From NCBI GenBank assembly GCA_977020255.1, contig CDROCS010002546.1, positions 248,001 to 312,000 of the forward strand: a stretch of 64,000 bases of DNA, read 5' to 3'. Positions within the stretch are counted from its first letter, which is position 1, and every line of letters starts with the position of its first letter. Origin of the DNA: Obrimoposthia wandeli (Eukaryota). The notes beneath the pieces were generated by a model. It was given only the letters and a program-made list of their open reading frames with translations. It was not told where the DNA came from and ran no database searches. A program made the position numbers and the translations under genes. Shown in pieces: positions 12,375-26,159 of the stretch.

Positions 12375-13917
12375 CTGGAAATTATATGTAGAATTTTTTA
12401 TTTTGACTCCAAATACAGTCTTCATGTTTTAGTTTTTTTATTGCAGAAATACACGATTATTATGAGTTATTCAAAGATTTTAAAAAATTATTATATAAAA
12501 TATTATGAAGATTTCAAAATATTCATGTTATTTTTGAGTGAATCACTTTAAGTAAATAACAAATGAAGCTTGTAATAAATAACAAATGAAGCTTGTAAAA
12601 AAGTAAAAAACTTAAGGCTTTGTTGAACAAGTATCTTTATACAAAATAAGTAATAATAAATCAATTTTGAAAATGTCTTGAAGCCAAATTCAAGAAACAA
12701 GAAAAGAACATTTTAAAATAAAATGTATTAAAACATAATTATTATATCTAAAATATTCAACATTCTTAAAATTCCAAATTCCAAATATAACCAAATAATA
12801 TTAATTGAGGTTTATTCCGTTTTGTCTAAATATACAATTTATAAATAACTTTATAAATAAAGTTGTCAAATAAATTTGATACTGCTTAGTGATGCTAGTA
12901 GTAAAAAGTGACGATTCGGCGGATCTGCGGCACAACAAAGAACTAGTCTCTCTAGTTCGTTCTTTGGCCATGGAGCCACCTAATCTTCACTTCAGGAGTT
13001 TTAAACATGTTTAAGTACGTTTAGACAATTGCCGCGGTACAGTCGAATCTTCACTTTTTATGGGGGTATTCATTATTAATAGACAATACCTCTTTTATTC
13101 AAGATTTCACATCGATATCAAATTGAAAAATTCATATAAATTAACTCCTAATTCATCGAAATTAAATCATCGTAACCCAAATTTCACACAGGTTTCAAAT
13201 AAATTGACAAAAATCGATAATTTCACTTCATTAAAACGAAATTAATTAAATGTACTTTAAATTCATTCAAATTAACTCAACATAACCTTAAATTTCACAT
13301 TGATTTCAAATAAATTACTAAATTTTGATTTTAGTTCATTAAAACCAAATTCAATTAAAATTTTGTAACAAAATTCTGGACTTTTTAGAGCAATTTCCAG
13401 AAAAACGCATTTTAGTTTTAGATGAGTTTTGTTAAAACTGATGTTTTGGATTGTAGTTTATGCTTTAAAACCAAAAACTTTACTTCTCTTCCAGTCGTTT
13501 ATGGATTGAGTTTTACACATAAATCTCTAGTAGCTTCTCTAATTGATAATTGAAGGATCTTGATGTTTCTAATGTGTCTTCTTTCTTCCTTGCGAGTTTT
13601 CTCACAATTTTTTAAGATATTCATCGTATGTTAGAAGTGAATTAAGAATATATTTTACAGTAACTATATGTATATGCTTAATTTTATCGATTTGGTATCG
13701 ATTGTTTCCTTCGCCTTTTAGTGGACCATTTTTCGTAAGCAGAACTGGCGATGTTCGATGAACCAAACATTAAATAAATATTTTTCAATTAATACACTTC
13801 TTTTAATTTATTCAATTTTGTCAAATCTTTCTGCAAGAACATAATTCGATTTTTAAAATAATATATATTAGATCAATTTAAAAATTATATGAAATTTCAG
13901 ACAATGTCCTTACGCAC

Positions 13918-14604
13918 CTGATCAACAGTGCCAGTGCCAATGTGGAAGTCGATATTGAGATCATCGCTGCTGAACTCGAAGGTGCGACCGGAGCGTTGCA
14001 GGTGGAGCCTGGCGTCTACTAGTTGCTGACTCGCAGCTACCCGTACAGACGGCTCGATAGGACAGTGCTGGTGTTGCTGATGCAGGTGCACGAGAATGAG
14101 TGCTGCCGCCGTGCGAGTCTGGAGCGAGAGACGACGGCCGCACTCCCGCATACAAAGCGCCACATCTCGCGCCAGTGGTGCAGCCATCGATTCCGGCACC
14201 AGACCGCACCGCGTTGCGACCTCCACTGCCAGACACACGTTTTCACGAACCTGAGCAATGGCCCCAAGTTTGCTCTCGCGCTGCAAACTGACTTCCACAT
14301 CCGCTTCCCCTGGCAACTGGGCCTTCACCGACTCTTGGCCGGTCAGATGCGACAGTACCTCACACAGCAGCGGCACCAAGTCTGGGATGTGCTCATGCAC
14401 GTCTTTCATGCTGATCTCAGCGAATATGCTCGACTTCAGCTCGCACCAATGCTCACATAGCTGCATAACTCTGTTTGCCAAGCTCAGATCCTCTTCCACA
14501 ATCTTTCCTGCTGCCAGATGTGACTTAAAATCTTCCAGGAATTTCTTCTGAGACCAGAAACATTGCAGCTTAACTGGAATAGCTTGTAGACGTGCTTCGT
14601 CGAT
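13918..14604 (-). CDS. Array module copy D
   Basis: Intact frame and the same boundaries. Confidence 0.75.
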
Positions 14605-16166
14605 CTGGAAATTATATGTAGAATTTTTTATTTTGACTCCAAATACAGTCTTCATGTTTTATTTTTTTATTGCAGAAATACACAATTATTATGAGTTATT
14701 CAAAGATTTTAAAAAATTATTATATAAAATATTATGAAGATTTCAAAATATTCATGTTATTTTTGAGTGAATCACTTTAAGTAAATAACAAATGAAGCTT
14801 GTAATAAATAACAAATGAAGCTTGTAATAAATAACAAATGAAGCTTGTAAAAAACTAAAAAAGGCTTTGTTGAACAAGTATCTTTATACAAAATAAGTAA
14901 TAATAAATCAATTTTGAAAATGTCTTGAAGCCAAATTCAAGAAACAAGAAAAGAACATTTTAAAATAAAATGTATTAAAACATAATTATTATATCTAAAA
15001 TATTCAACATTCTTAAAATTCCAAATTCCAAATATAACCAAATAATATTAATTGAGGTTTATTCCGTTTTGTCTAAATATACAATTTATAAATAACTTTA
15101 TAAATAAAGTTGTCAAATAAATTTGATACTGCTTAGTGATGCTAGTAGTAAAAAGTGACGATTCGGCGGATCTGCGGCACAACAAAGAACTAGTCTCTCT
15201 AGTTCGTTCTTTGGCCATGGAGCCACCTAATCTTCACTTCAGGAGTTTTAAACATGTTTAAGTACGTTTAGACAATTGCTGCGGTACAGTCGAATCTTCA
15301 CTTTTTATGGGGGTATTCATTATTAATAGACAATACCTCTTTTATTCCAGATTTCACATCGATATCAAATTGAAAAATTCATATAAATTAACTCCTAATT
15401 CATCGAAATTAAATCATCTTAACCCAAATTTCACACAGGTTTCAAATAAATTGACAAAAATCGATAATTTCACTTCATTAAAACGAAATTAATTAAATGT
15501 ACGTTAAATTCATTCAAATTAACTCAACATAACCTTAAATTTCACATTGATTTCAAATAAATTACTAAATTTTGATTTTTAGTTCATTAAAACCAAATTC
15601 AATTAAAATTTTGTAACAAAATTCTGGACTTTTTAGAGCAATTTCCAGAAAAACGCATTTTAGTTTTAGATGAGTTTTGTTAAAACTGATGTTTTTGGAT
15701 TGTAGTTTATGCTTTAAAACCAAAAACTTTACTTCTCTTCCAGTCGTTTATGGATTGAGTTTTACACATAAATCTCTAGTAGCTTCTCTAATTGATAATT
15801 GAAGGATCTTGATGTTTCTAATGTGTCTTCTTTCTTCCTTGCGAGTCCTCTCACAATTTTTTAAGATATTCATCGTATGTTAGAAGTGAATTAAGAATAT
15901 ATTTTACAGTAACTATATGTATATGCTTAATTTTATCGATTTGGTATCGATTGTTTCCTTCGCCTTTTAGTGGACCATTTTTCGTAAGCAGAACTGGCGA
16001 TGTTCGATGAATCAAACATTAAATAAATACTTTTCAATTAATACACTTCTTTTAATTTATTCAATTTTGTCAAATCTTTCTGCAAGAACATAATTCGATT
16101 ATTAAAATAATATATATTAGATCAATTTAAAAATTATATGAAATTTCAGACAATGTCCTTACGCAC

Positions 16167-16850
16167 CTGATCAACAGTGCCAGTGCCGATGTGGAAGTCG
16201 ATATTGAGATCATCGCTGCTGAACTCGAAGGTGCGACCGGAGCGTTGCAGGTGGAGCCTGGCGTCTACTAGTTGCTGACTCGCAGCTACCCGTACAGACG
16301 GCTCGATAGGACAGTGCTGGTGTTGCTGATGCAGGTGCACGAGAATGAGTGCTGCCGCCGTGCGGGTCTGGAGCGAGAGACGGCCGCACTCCCGCATACA
16401 AAGCGCCACATCTCGCGCCAGTGGTGCAGCCATCGATTCCGGCACCAGACCGCACCGCGTTGCGACCTCCACTGCCAGACACACGTTTTCACGAACCTGA
16501 GCAATGGCCCCCAGTTTACTCTCGCGCTGCAAACTGACTACCACATCCGCTTCCCCTGGCAACTGAGCCTTCACCGACTCTTGGCCAGTCAGATGCGACA
16601 GTACCTCACACAGCAGCGGTACCAAGTCTGGGATGTGCTCATGCACGTCTTTCATGCTGATCTCAGCGGATATGCTCGACTTCAGCTCGCACCAATGCTC
16701 ACATAGCTGCATAACTCTGTTTGCCAAGCTCAGATCCTCTTCCACAATCTTTCCTGCTGCCAGATGTGACTTAAAATCTTCCAGGAATTTCTTCTGAGAC
16801 CAAAAACATTGCAGCTTAACTGGAATAGCTTGGAGACAAGCTTCGTCGAT
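16167..16850 (-). CDS. Array module copy E
   Basis: Intact frame with the 3-nt deletion. The upstream ATG is mutated to ATT while TTTCCAG is kept. Confidence 0.75.
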
Positions 16851-18388
16851 CTGGAAATTATATGTAGAATTTTTTATTTTGACTCCAAATACAGTCTTAA
16901 TGTTTTAGTTTTTTTATTGCAGAAATACACGATTATTATGAGTTATTCAAAGATTTAAAAAAATTATTATATAAAATATTATGAAGATTTCAAAATATTC
17001 ATGTTATTTTTGAGTGAATCACTTTAAGTAAATAACAAATGAAGCTTGTAATAAATAACAAATGAAGCTTGTAAAAAACTAAAAAAGGCTTTGTTGAACA
17101 AGTATCTTTATACAAAATAAGTAATAATAAATCAATTTTGAAAATGTCTTGAAGCCAAATTCAAGAAACAAGAAAAGAACATTTTAAAATAAAATGTATT
17201 AAAACATAATTATTATATCTAAAATATTCAACATTCTTAAAATTCCAAATTCCAAATATAACCAAATAATATTAATTGAGGTTTATTCCGTTTTGTCTAA
17301 ATATACAATTTATAAATAACTTTATAAATAAAGTTGTCAAATAAATTTGATACTGCTTAGTGATGCTAGTAGTAAAAAGTGACGATTCGGCGGATCTGCG
17401 GCACAACAAAGAACTAGTCTCTCTAGTTCGTTCTTTGGCCATGGAGCCACCTAATCTTCACTTCAGGAGTTTTAAACATGTTTAAGTACGTTTAGACAAT
17501 TGCTGCGGTACAGTCGAATCTTCACTTTTTATGGGGGTATTCATTATTAATAGACAATACCTCTTTTATTCCAGATTTCACATCGATATCAAATTGAAAA
17601 ATTCATATAAATTAACTCCTAATTCATCGAAATTAAATCATCTTAACCCAAATTTCACACAGGTTTCAAATAAATTGACAAAAATCGATAATTTCACTTC
17701 ATTAAAACGAAATTAATTAAATGTACGTTAAATTCATTCAAATTAACTCAACATAACCTTAAATTTCACATTGATTTCAAATAAATTACTAAATTTTGAT
17801 TTTAGTTCATTAAAACCAAATTCAATTAAAATTTTGTAACAAAATTCTGGACTTTTTAGAGCAATTTCCAGAAAAACGCATTTTAGTTTTAGATGAGTTT
17901 TGTTAAAACTGATGTTTTGGATTGTAGTTTATGCTTTAAAACCAAAAACTTTACTTCTCTTCCAGTCGTTTATGGATTGAGTTTTACACATAAATCTCTA
18001 GTAGCTTCTCTAATTGATAATTGAAGGATCTTGATGTTTCTAATGTGTCTTCTTTCTTCCTTGCGAGTCCTCTCACAATTTTTTAAGATATTCATCGTAT
18101 GTTAGAAGTGAATTAAGAATATATTTTACAGTAACTATATGTATATGCTTAATTTTATCGATTTGGTATCGATTGTTTCCTTCGCCTTTTAGTGGACCAT
18201 TTTTCGTAAGCAGAACTGGCGATGTTCGATGAATCAAACATTAAATAAATACTTTTCAATTAATACACTTCTTTTAATTTATTCAATTTTGTCAAATCTT
18301 TCTGCAAGAACATAATTCGATTATTAAAATAATATATATTAGATCAATTTAAAAATTATATGAAATTTCAGACAATGTCCTTACGCAC

Positions 18389-19075
18389 CTGATCAACAGT
18401 GCCAGTGCCGATGTGGAAGTCGATATTGAGATCATCGCTGCTGAACTCGAAGGTGCGACCGGAGCGTTGCAGGTGGAGCCTGGCGTCTACTAGTTGCTGA
18501 CTCGCAGCTACCCGTACAGACGGCTCGATAGGACAGTGCTGGTGTTGCTGATGCAGGTGCACGAGAATGAGTGCTGCCGCCGTGCGGGTCTGGAGCGAGA
18601 GACGACGGCCGCACTCCCGCATACAAAGCGCCACATCTCGCGCCAGTGGTGCAGCCATCGATTCCGGCACCAGACCCCACCGCGTTGCGACCTCCACTGC
18701 CAGACACACGTTTTCACGAACCTGAGCAATGGCCCCCAGTTTGCTCTCGCGCTGCAAACTGACTTCCACATCCGCTTCCCCTGGCAACTGGGCCTTCACC
18801 GACTCTTGGCCGGTCAGATGCGACAGTACCTCACACAGCAGCGGCACCAAGTCTGGGATGTGCTCATGCACGTCTTTCATGCTGATCTCAGCGAATATGC
18901 TCGACTTCAGCTCGCACCAATGCTCACATAGCTGCATAACTCTGTTTGCCAAGCTCAGATCCTCTTCCACAATCTTTCCTGCTGCCAGATGTGACCTAAA
19001 ATCTTCCAGGAATTTCTTCTGAGACCAGAAACATTGCAGCTTAACTGGAATAGCTTGGAGACGTGCTTCGTCGAT
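18389..19075 (-). CDS. Array module copy F (array edge)
   Basis: Intact frame. Sequence upstream of the acceptor diverges from the other copies (MNETILALE versus MKTVFGV). Confidence 0.75.
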
Positions 19076-20062
19076 CTGGAAATGATATGTAGAATTTTTT
19101 ATTTCGAGCGCTAGTATAGTTTCATTCAATAGTTATTTATGTTGCAGAAATACAATTTTTATGTCTGAAAAATCCGATTTATAAGCATTACTAAAACCTT
19201 AGAAAATGTTTTTATTTAGAAAAGTAGAAAATGGAAATTTATGGTATTAAAATATTTCCTTCTTAATATTACTAAAACTATTTAGTTAAACATAGTGAGT
19301 GAATTTAGTATTATTTTCATCTACTTAGATTCATGCTTTTTTGAACAGTTTCAAATTTAAATCCCTTCAATTTAGGTCTTAAACCGAACTTGCTTGCATA
19401 ATTTCTTGAAGATTTCATTTCTAGTTGGAAGTGTAAACTGTAAGTTTACACTTCTGTCGAGAGATGCTCGCTGAAGAAAAAAGATTGTCCCCAAAACGTG
19501 ATTTTTCGCCTTTTACGGTGTGATAAAGAGCTCCAAAGACGTCATCTTTGGAGAGAGATGTATTTTTCAGGTCCCGAAACGTTTGAAAAAGAAGTCAATT
19601 TTTGAAAAAATATGTAGGTCATACACTTGATGACCTTCATTTTGAAAAACGATTAGCGACACCCTTTTTTTATCAATGTTTTGGAGACGCTTCTTAAAAA
19701 TATTGCCCCTATATGTTTTCAGATGTTTCATATACTTCTTTATTTGACCTATATTTAGAAATTAGTCCGATTTTCAGTACCCTCTATGTTGCGCCTTTTC
19801 ATCGGTTGAAGTTATTTCATTTTATCTTATTAAAGTTTAACTGTGTAGAAGAAAGAAAAATTTACAACGTATTAGAATTAAATTTCTGGCTATTGCGTAT
19901 TGGCTGAGAAATCATTGTTTTTGAAATACTTTTTAAAAAAGGCTTAAAAGGGGAAATTTAGGGCCATCTGATTTCACTTTGCTTCATTAGCAAGAAATGC
20001 TTGATTTATATATATATATATATATATATTATTCATATATATTCATATTCATTTTTACATAT

Positions 20063-20185
20063 TTTTCACACCCCACCACCTTTTAAAGCCAAATATTTTT
20101 TCACACACCATCACCTTTTCAAGCCAAAATTTAATTTCACACCCAACCACCTTTTGAAGCTAAAATATAATTTTACACCCCACCG
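20063..20185. repeat. ~36-bp tandem repeat (about 3.5 copies) next to a (TA)n microsatellite
   Basis: Units of the form CACCCCACCACCTTTTAAAGCCAAATATTTTTTCA. (TA)n lies at ~20007-20029. Confidence 0.8.
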
Positions 20186-20489
20186 CATCGTAAATTTACT
20201 TTAAAACGAAAAGTGGTCATCGTAAATTTTCTTTAAATATAAAAACAGGTTTACACTTCCATTTTGCCAAAGGCTCTACTAGTTGGAATAAACAAAAATT
20301 AACAGGATAAAGAGACTTGTTTTCAAATAAATAATTACTTCAGCAAAATAGAAACAAAAAGAGTGGAAAAATAACAAAATATTATGTTGTCGTCGTTTTA
20401 AATATACTTTAAAGCTACAATTTACTGATTAAGCTTAATTTATTACATATGCCGTACATATTGCTGTGAGTTCATGATCTCAATATCAC

Positions 20490-21137
20490 CTCATGGAGCT
20501 TCTTATCGATGTCAGCTCGGGAGAGACCATCCTCTCCGGTCTGCTTGAGGTGGTCCATGAGACGCAGGTACTCGTTCCTGTCGATGATCCTTTTTTTACG
20601 CCGGTCTAACTGTAGAGAGTCAGAAAAGTAGACGCTCACACAGACGAGAGCACTGAGGTCACGAGCTCGAGCCGACAGTTTTAGCTCGTAGCATCGGTAC
20701 AGCTGGGTTGTCATCTCCGGCGTGAGCGCGGTCCACAACGATACACGATACAGCACGGTCACCAGATGCTCCACCAGCTCTATGAAGAGGTGGTGATCCT
20801 CTTGGGGATGGTTCAATATACTGGCCAGCACCATGTACACGTACTGAGACCTGGTCACAAATTGGAGCAAGTCAGTCTTGTACACCACGAGGATGTCAGA
20901 TAGAAGGTGCAAGAAGCTGATGAAGAAGTTGCGCTGCTCCAGGTCTATGGCGGGAAATTCCAACAGCCAACCCACCATTTCCTTGAACACACCAACTGAT
21001 ATTAACCGGTCCAGTTCAAGCTCATTCAGTCGATCTATGCCCACTTCTGATATAGCGCATCTTATCGCGTCACATATCCGGATTTTATCTTCTTTATCGG
21101 TTACTTTGGGGAGATGATTCATTAATCCATTTAATAC
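20490..21137 (-). CDS. Diverged helix-rich (ARM/HEAT-like) module, probable exon
   Basis: ORF 20472-21143 has GC-rich codons, with ATGCAG|GTA and GAG|GTGATA at phase 0. Its motif LSARARDLSALVCVSV matches LSLQTRTAAALILVHL in the array module. Confidence 0.7.
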
Positions 21138-22480
21138 CTGCATGAATGGTTAACCTTCACTACTGGACAAGTATTCAAAATGTACATTATATGGAGTAAA
21201 GTCCTTGGACTCATATAAAGATAAAAGGGATACAAAGCTAGAAGAAACATGCTGTCTATAGATGTTGAAGTAAAAGTTTAAGGATAAAAAGGTTTAGATT
21301 GTAAATAGTACATACTTTTCGAGAGTATTGATTTACCCATAGATTGTTTGTATTGGCTAGAATATATTGTACACTAGTAAAACAATTGAATGTAGAGGTT
21401 TAAAATGTTATCTATTTTTTGTTTACTAAATTCTTTTTGTTAATAACCAATAAGGAACAATCAATGAAAATCAAATAATGTAAATAAATTGATAAGTAAA
21501 TTTCAGAAATTAAAATAATTAATGTAATAGAAGAGGACATTAGAAACAATCAAGTTTACTTTTCATTATTATTTAAATTGAGATTATCAATGCGACTCAA
21601 TGGTGAACAAAAGTATCTAACGTCTGAAAAAACTTGATTGATGAAACCCCCGAAAACTGATTAAGTTTCTCGAAAATGTATTCAATAAGAAGCATCCAAA
21701 TGGACAAAGAAGCATAACGTATCGAATTCTTGTGCTGCAAGCGATGGTTGACTTCAGATGTTCTGCGTTGTAATCATATATCACACGACAATTTCTCACA
21801 AGAAATATGTTGACTGTGCATCCAAAATCGTGGAAATTCTTCAAATACACCTGGAACCCCATTTTCAAAACCGGGTGTTCAAATTCTGACACTCCGATAT
21901 GAATAGACAATTGGAAATACAGCGTTCAATTCAACCGATGTCAACGAGGTTCCCACAAAGACAACTGTAAAGTATATCTTCATAGGCCATTATAATACCA
22001 TACAAAATGCAACTCTTTTTATGTCTGAGTAGAACAACGGCGCTATAAAGGCGGGAAAATGCGATATTTACTATACAATGGTTTTATTTTACTTTGGTAG
22101 TTTAATCTCAGCTTATGTATATATTCAGATAACTGCACTCGCGTAGAATCCGCAATTTCATTTCTCTCCCATAAAGCCACAGTTAACCCGCGGCATATAC
22201 GGAAGGTTTTAAGGTACTTTATTATAAATGTTTGGGTACAGATCTCTATATTTTAAGCTTTTACAAACTTCCACACACCAAAGAGGATAACTTCATAATT
22301 ATCTATAAACATTGATTCAAAAATGAATTATTATAAAAAAAAATCCCATTCAAAAAAGCCAATCAAATTGACTGTTTAAAATTTAAATGCAAAATACATT
22401 ATGAAAGCTTAGAAACATTCCAGGGCTGTAAATGACAATATCAGACAAATTGTATGGTGCCTTTTAAAACTGGAACTTAC

Positions 22481-22840
22481 TCCACTTATTTCTTGAATTA
22501 CTTCGACATCTGGAATTTGCTCACACTTTTGTCGATAATATTCCAAGAAGGTCTCCAATTTCGTAAATAATTCTTCTCGTGAGGGAGTGTACATAAGAGC
22601 CGCGCAGTGAGCTCTCGTGGCTATAGGCAATTCTTTCATTTTGGCAATCCTCCAGAAAAGAATTGGAAACTTCTGGGCCAGCTGCTGCATTCCTGATTGC
22701 GCCTGCACCGGATAATCAATGTTTACAGATTCATCCACATCACTCGACCAGGGTATAAGAGAGACAAGCTCGAAAGCAGTTTGTCCAGAAGAAACAACAT
22801 CGGTGAAGACAGAACCATCTTTATGTAAAGAACCGACAAC
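22481..22840 (-). CDS. Diverged module, probable exon
   Basis: Frame is open from 22840 to 22409 and contains LPIATRAHCAALMY. A strong donor GGA|GTAAGT lies at 22481. The 5' boundary is uncertain. Confidence 0.55.
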
Positions 22841-22965
22841 TCACAAAATACAATAGCAATATCATAGACAGTCGACCAGTTTTAATGGAGATAAATTTGA
22901 TTCTTCATAATAAATCATGTTTTGAAGGGGTTCTTAACATTTATCTGCATTCCCTAAAGTTACAA

Positions 22966-23157
22966 TTATGGATATATAAAGTATAACCATATTTGTGTAC
23001 TCTTTTGATACTTTCTCAATTTAGATGGCCTTGTAATATTTGCAGAAGTCAAGATCTTGTCGTTTGACTGCTTACTTATCGTACTTTCCGTTGTTGGATT
23101 AACAGCAGCATTATCCCTACAACCAATCAGTTCGTTTCTTATTAACCATTTTTCCAT
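22966..23157 (-). mobile_element. Possible hAT (Charlie/SPIN-like) transposase N-terminal relic
   Basis: MEKWL...RPSKLRKYQKS resembles the starts of these transposases. The match is short and weak. Confidence 0.3.
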
Positions 23158-23639
23158 ATTTAAAAGTCTAAAGTCTAAATTAAATTCTGATCTACAATGA
23201 CATCAACTTTGAAACCTTCATTTAAAGATTTTATTTCTTTCAGGTATACTCATGAAGGATGATTGAGAAAAATATCCATCCAGTGTTTATTCCTGGAGAC
23301 TCGATAAACAACTACCTTAGTGTGAGATGGAAATAACTTTTAAAATTTTATTTTTAAGGAACAATCAGTTTCAAATCTATGAACATGCAACTCTTGATAA
23401 AATACTTCTTATTTCTAGGTCGAGGCTAAGGAGATGGGAAAGGAAAAAATGCAACGATTCAGCTTCAACCAACACGAAAGGTTCAAACCAAGTCTACATT
23501 ACCAGATCAAAGTATGACGACTTAATGCTCCTAAAGCTATTTTTACCCAACGAATATCAATATTTTATGAAGAATCCCTGGTCTGGTTAAAGAGTATGCT
23601 TAAATCTAACTGGAAGTCAGTGCTTCTATTTTCAAAAGG

Positions 23640-24117
23640 TGGCAAATAAAGGTCCATGTCGCATATGCCTGCATATAGAGGAGGTTAATTGTTTGATCTT
23701 AGGCTCAATGGGTGGGCAAACATCGGACAAATCTGCTTGTTTCAGCTATGTTTGATGAGCACCAACCTGCTTGCTGGTGAGGACGTGCACAGCGCGCTCG
23801 AGATGGATGCTGTGTCGAGTCGTGTTGTGATCTGTAATCGACTCCAGCACAGTGAGGCCAGATTCCACTGCTGTGCACAGACGCTCCAAGAAGTCCAGAT
23901 TCAGCTCCAGAGTCTTGTCGAGCTCGACACAGATAAAGTTGAGGTCCTGCTCGAGAGATTTGTGTCTTTCCTCGGAGCTGCAGCTACACTGACTATAATC
24001 TCCCGCCAGGTGCAGTCTGTCAACAACCGTTTGGAACCTTACATCTTCTTCTTCTTTTGCTTCTTTTGGTGCTTCATTTGACTCGTAGGAAGTCTCTTTT
24101 GCACTACTGGACTTAAT
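23640..24117 (-). pseudogene. Diverged module with in-frame TAG (not in the ORF track because it has no start codon)
   Basis: After CTTTAG| it reads IKSSSAKETSYESNEAPKEAKEEEDVRFQ...LCTAVESGLTVLES..., hits TAG at 23746-23748, then continues ...VCPPIEPKIK. CxAVE..GL.ES and PIEP echo the array module. Confidence 0.6.
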
Positions 24118-25584
24118 CTAAAGAAGATACATATTGTCAGCCACCTGATTGAATAGCAACTTCAACAATTATTTAGTCGGATCCAAGTTTCTTTACACTC
24201 CATATTTCTGAAATAATTTCATTGGTTTTGCTTTAAATTACGAATTAAAATGTTTAAGTTTAGAAAATTGCTAATTTGTAAAGTTCTGTACTGTAGCTTT
24301 TTTTAGCCAAATGTGATTTCAGTAATTAGGAAAGTGTAACCGATTTTTTTGCAAAATTTATTTTACACCTTTTTTAAACACAACATTATATTTTTATAAA
24401 AGCACTAAAGAATTAAACAAAACCAACAAAATGTCATCAGTTTATATTAAAATAATATCCAAAACAGATTCAATATTTATGAAATACGTATTTTCTATCA
24501 TTTGAATTTTCATCTACATTTGACAGTTATTCAAATATCTTGCTTGTAATAAACTTCATTTCTTATATTTTTCAACTTCCCAAATACTTTAATACGAATT
24601 CCCGAATATCATTTTAAAAATTCAATGGTTGCTTCATCTATGTTTGAAAGCAATATTTTGCAAACATGCAGTCTTATATTTGTAAAATAAACATTGATGA
24701 AAATTTATCCCTGTTATATATTTGATTATTCCCCTACATAGACTTCCATGTCGAGGCCTCATTCTGAAAATCATAATTCACCTCCTTTATAGGGTCTATA
24801 ATCTATAGAAACATTTTTAGGACCATCATGCGGCTGCAACATTGGAAATTGTTAGGACCAGGTAGCAAAAACATGATCGACTCTAAAAATGAACTCTTAT
24901 TTTAGGATATCATTTTTATCATGCAAAACTGCTAAATACCTGTAAAACGATCAATTCTGAACTAAGAGATCAAACTAATTTTGTTTAAATGTTCTTAAAT
25001 AGTCAACATTTTAAACAAAACTTTTTTTGAAAGAATTACATTCTACAAATATTTATGTCGGTTATTAAAAGTCTTGTTTTAAGTTTGTAATATTTAAAAT
25101 TATATGTTTAAGTTATTTAAAATTAAAATTTTAATAGGTTAAACACTATTTTGGGTTTTGACATAAAATAAACTATTTTAAAAGTTATAATGTTTGTTAA
25201 AAAATAAATTTACAAAAATTCATTTGAGCTTCAAAATAATTTCAAATCACTAACAATATTTATTTATATGAAAAAAATAGAATACGTTTTTATTAGTAAA
25301 CAAATGTAGAAAAGAATTTTCTTTTACACAATTTCGTTTAAAATTTCTCAGTTTTTTACCGGTATATGGCAGTTTTAAATTATGTAAATTTTAAATATTT
25401 ATATTGATTTAAAACTGTTTATTTTAATATTCAGAGGTGCCCAGTTGGAATTATTTTCTTGCTATTGTGTATTTTAATTGAGTTTCCAATGTTTATAAAA
25501 TTCGTAATCGAGGAATAATTTCCACGAGTATTAATCAAATTCTGTAAAGTTTGATTTGCTTTATAAATCGAAAAAATGACATAC

Positions 25585-26159
25585 CTCGTCTAAGAAAGCG
25601 ATTACTTTTCGTCGAAATGATTTATCAACTATGTTGCAACAGTTCTTCCCATCTTGCAGCAAAAACCTTTTTATTTCATCGCTAGGAATTTCCGGTATAT
25701 ATATCAGCAATAAGCCTGCAAAAGTCTTTATTTCAAAAGTGAAATTGGGACTTTCATAGATTGATGCGAGGCTGCTGTGCCATGATTTACCAAACCTTTT
25801 CGAGTCTGTTAATGCTATGTACCTGAGCACAACATGAAGGACCATACTAAGCGCCTCCTGGTAAATAGAGATCTCTTTGGTATCCGAGAATCTACGGATA
25901 ATTTCCAAGAACAAAGGCAGAACGGTTGCATATTCAAATAATTGTACAAATATCTGTTGTTCCAAGTTTAAAAGACGTTTGAAAAATATTAAAGTATCTT
26001 CTCCACCAGACGATAAACGCAGCCCCTTCAATGTAAGTACAAAATGATTTATGACATCATTCTTTATAGAATAACTTTTTGACAGACCCTGCAATACTTA
26101 AAGAGTTATGAAATCTCAAATTTACTTTAGAGGCGTGACACGGCATACCGGCTTGATCC
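25585..26159 (-). CDS. Diverged module with an upstream 34-nt mini-exon and a 37-nt intron
   Basis: The mini-exon 26126-26159 (DQAGMPCHASK) and the GT-AG intron 26089-26125 join in frame to exon 25585-26088. Donor is GAG|GTATGT; motif is FTFEIKTFAGLLLIYI. Confidence 0.65.

Larger units (their letters stand above)
6176..19155. repeat. Tandem array of ~2.23-kb units (6 complete coding modules plus a broken left unit)
   Basis: ORF ends recur at 7212, 9441, 11670, 13897, 16146 and 18368 (periods 2229, 2229, 2227, 2249, 2222). Units are near-identical. The longer period comes from a third copy of a 23-bp AATAAATAACAAATGAAGCTTGT motif. Confidence 0.97.

Noticed and set aside
19420-19455. Helitron 3' end (11-bp hairpin next to CTAG on the minus strand)
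   Set aside because: The spacing to CTAG is only ~3 nt, the next base is not T, and no matching 5' TC end or Rep/helicase was seen.
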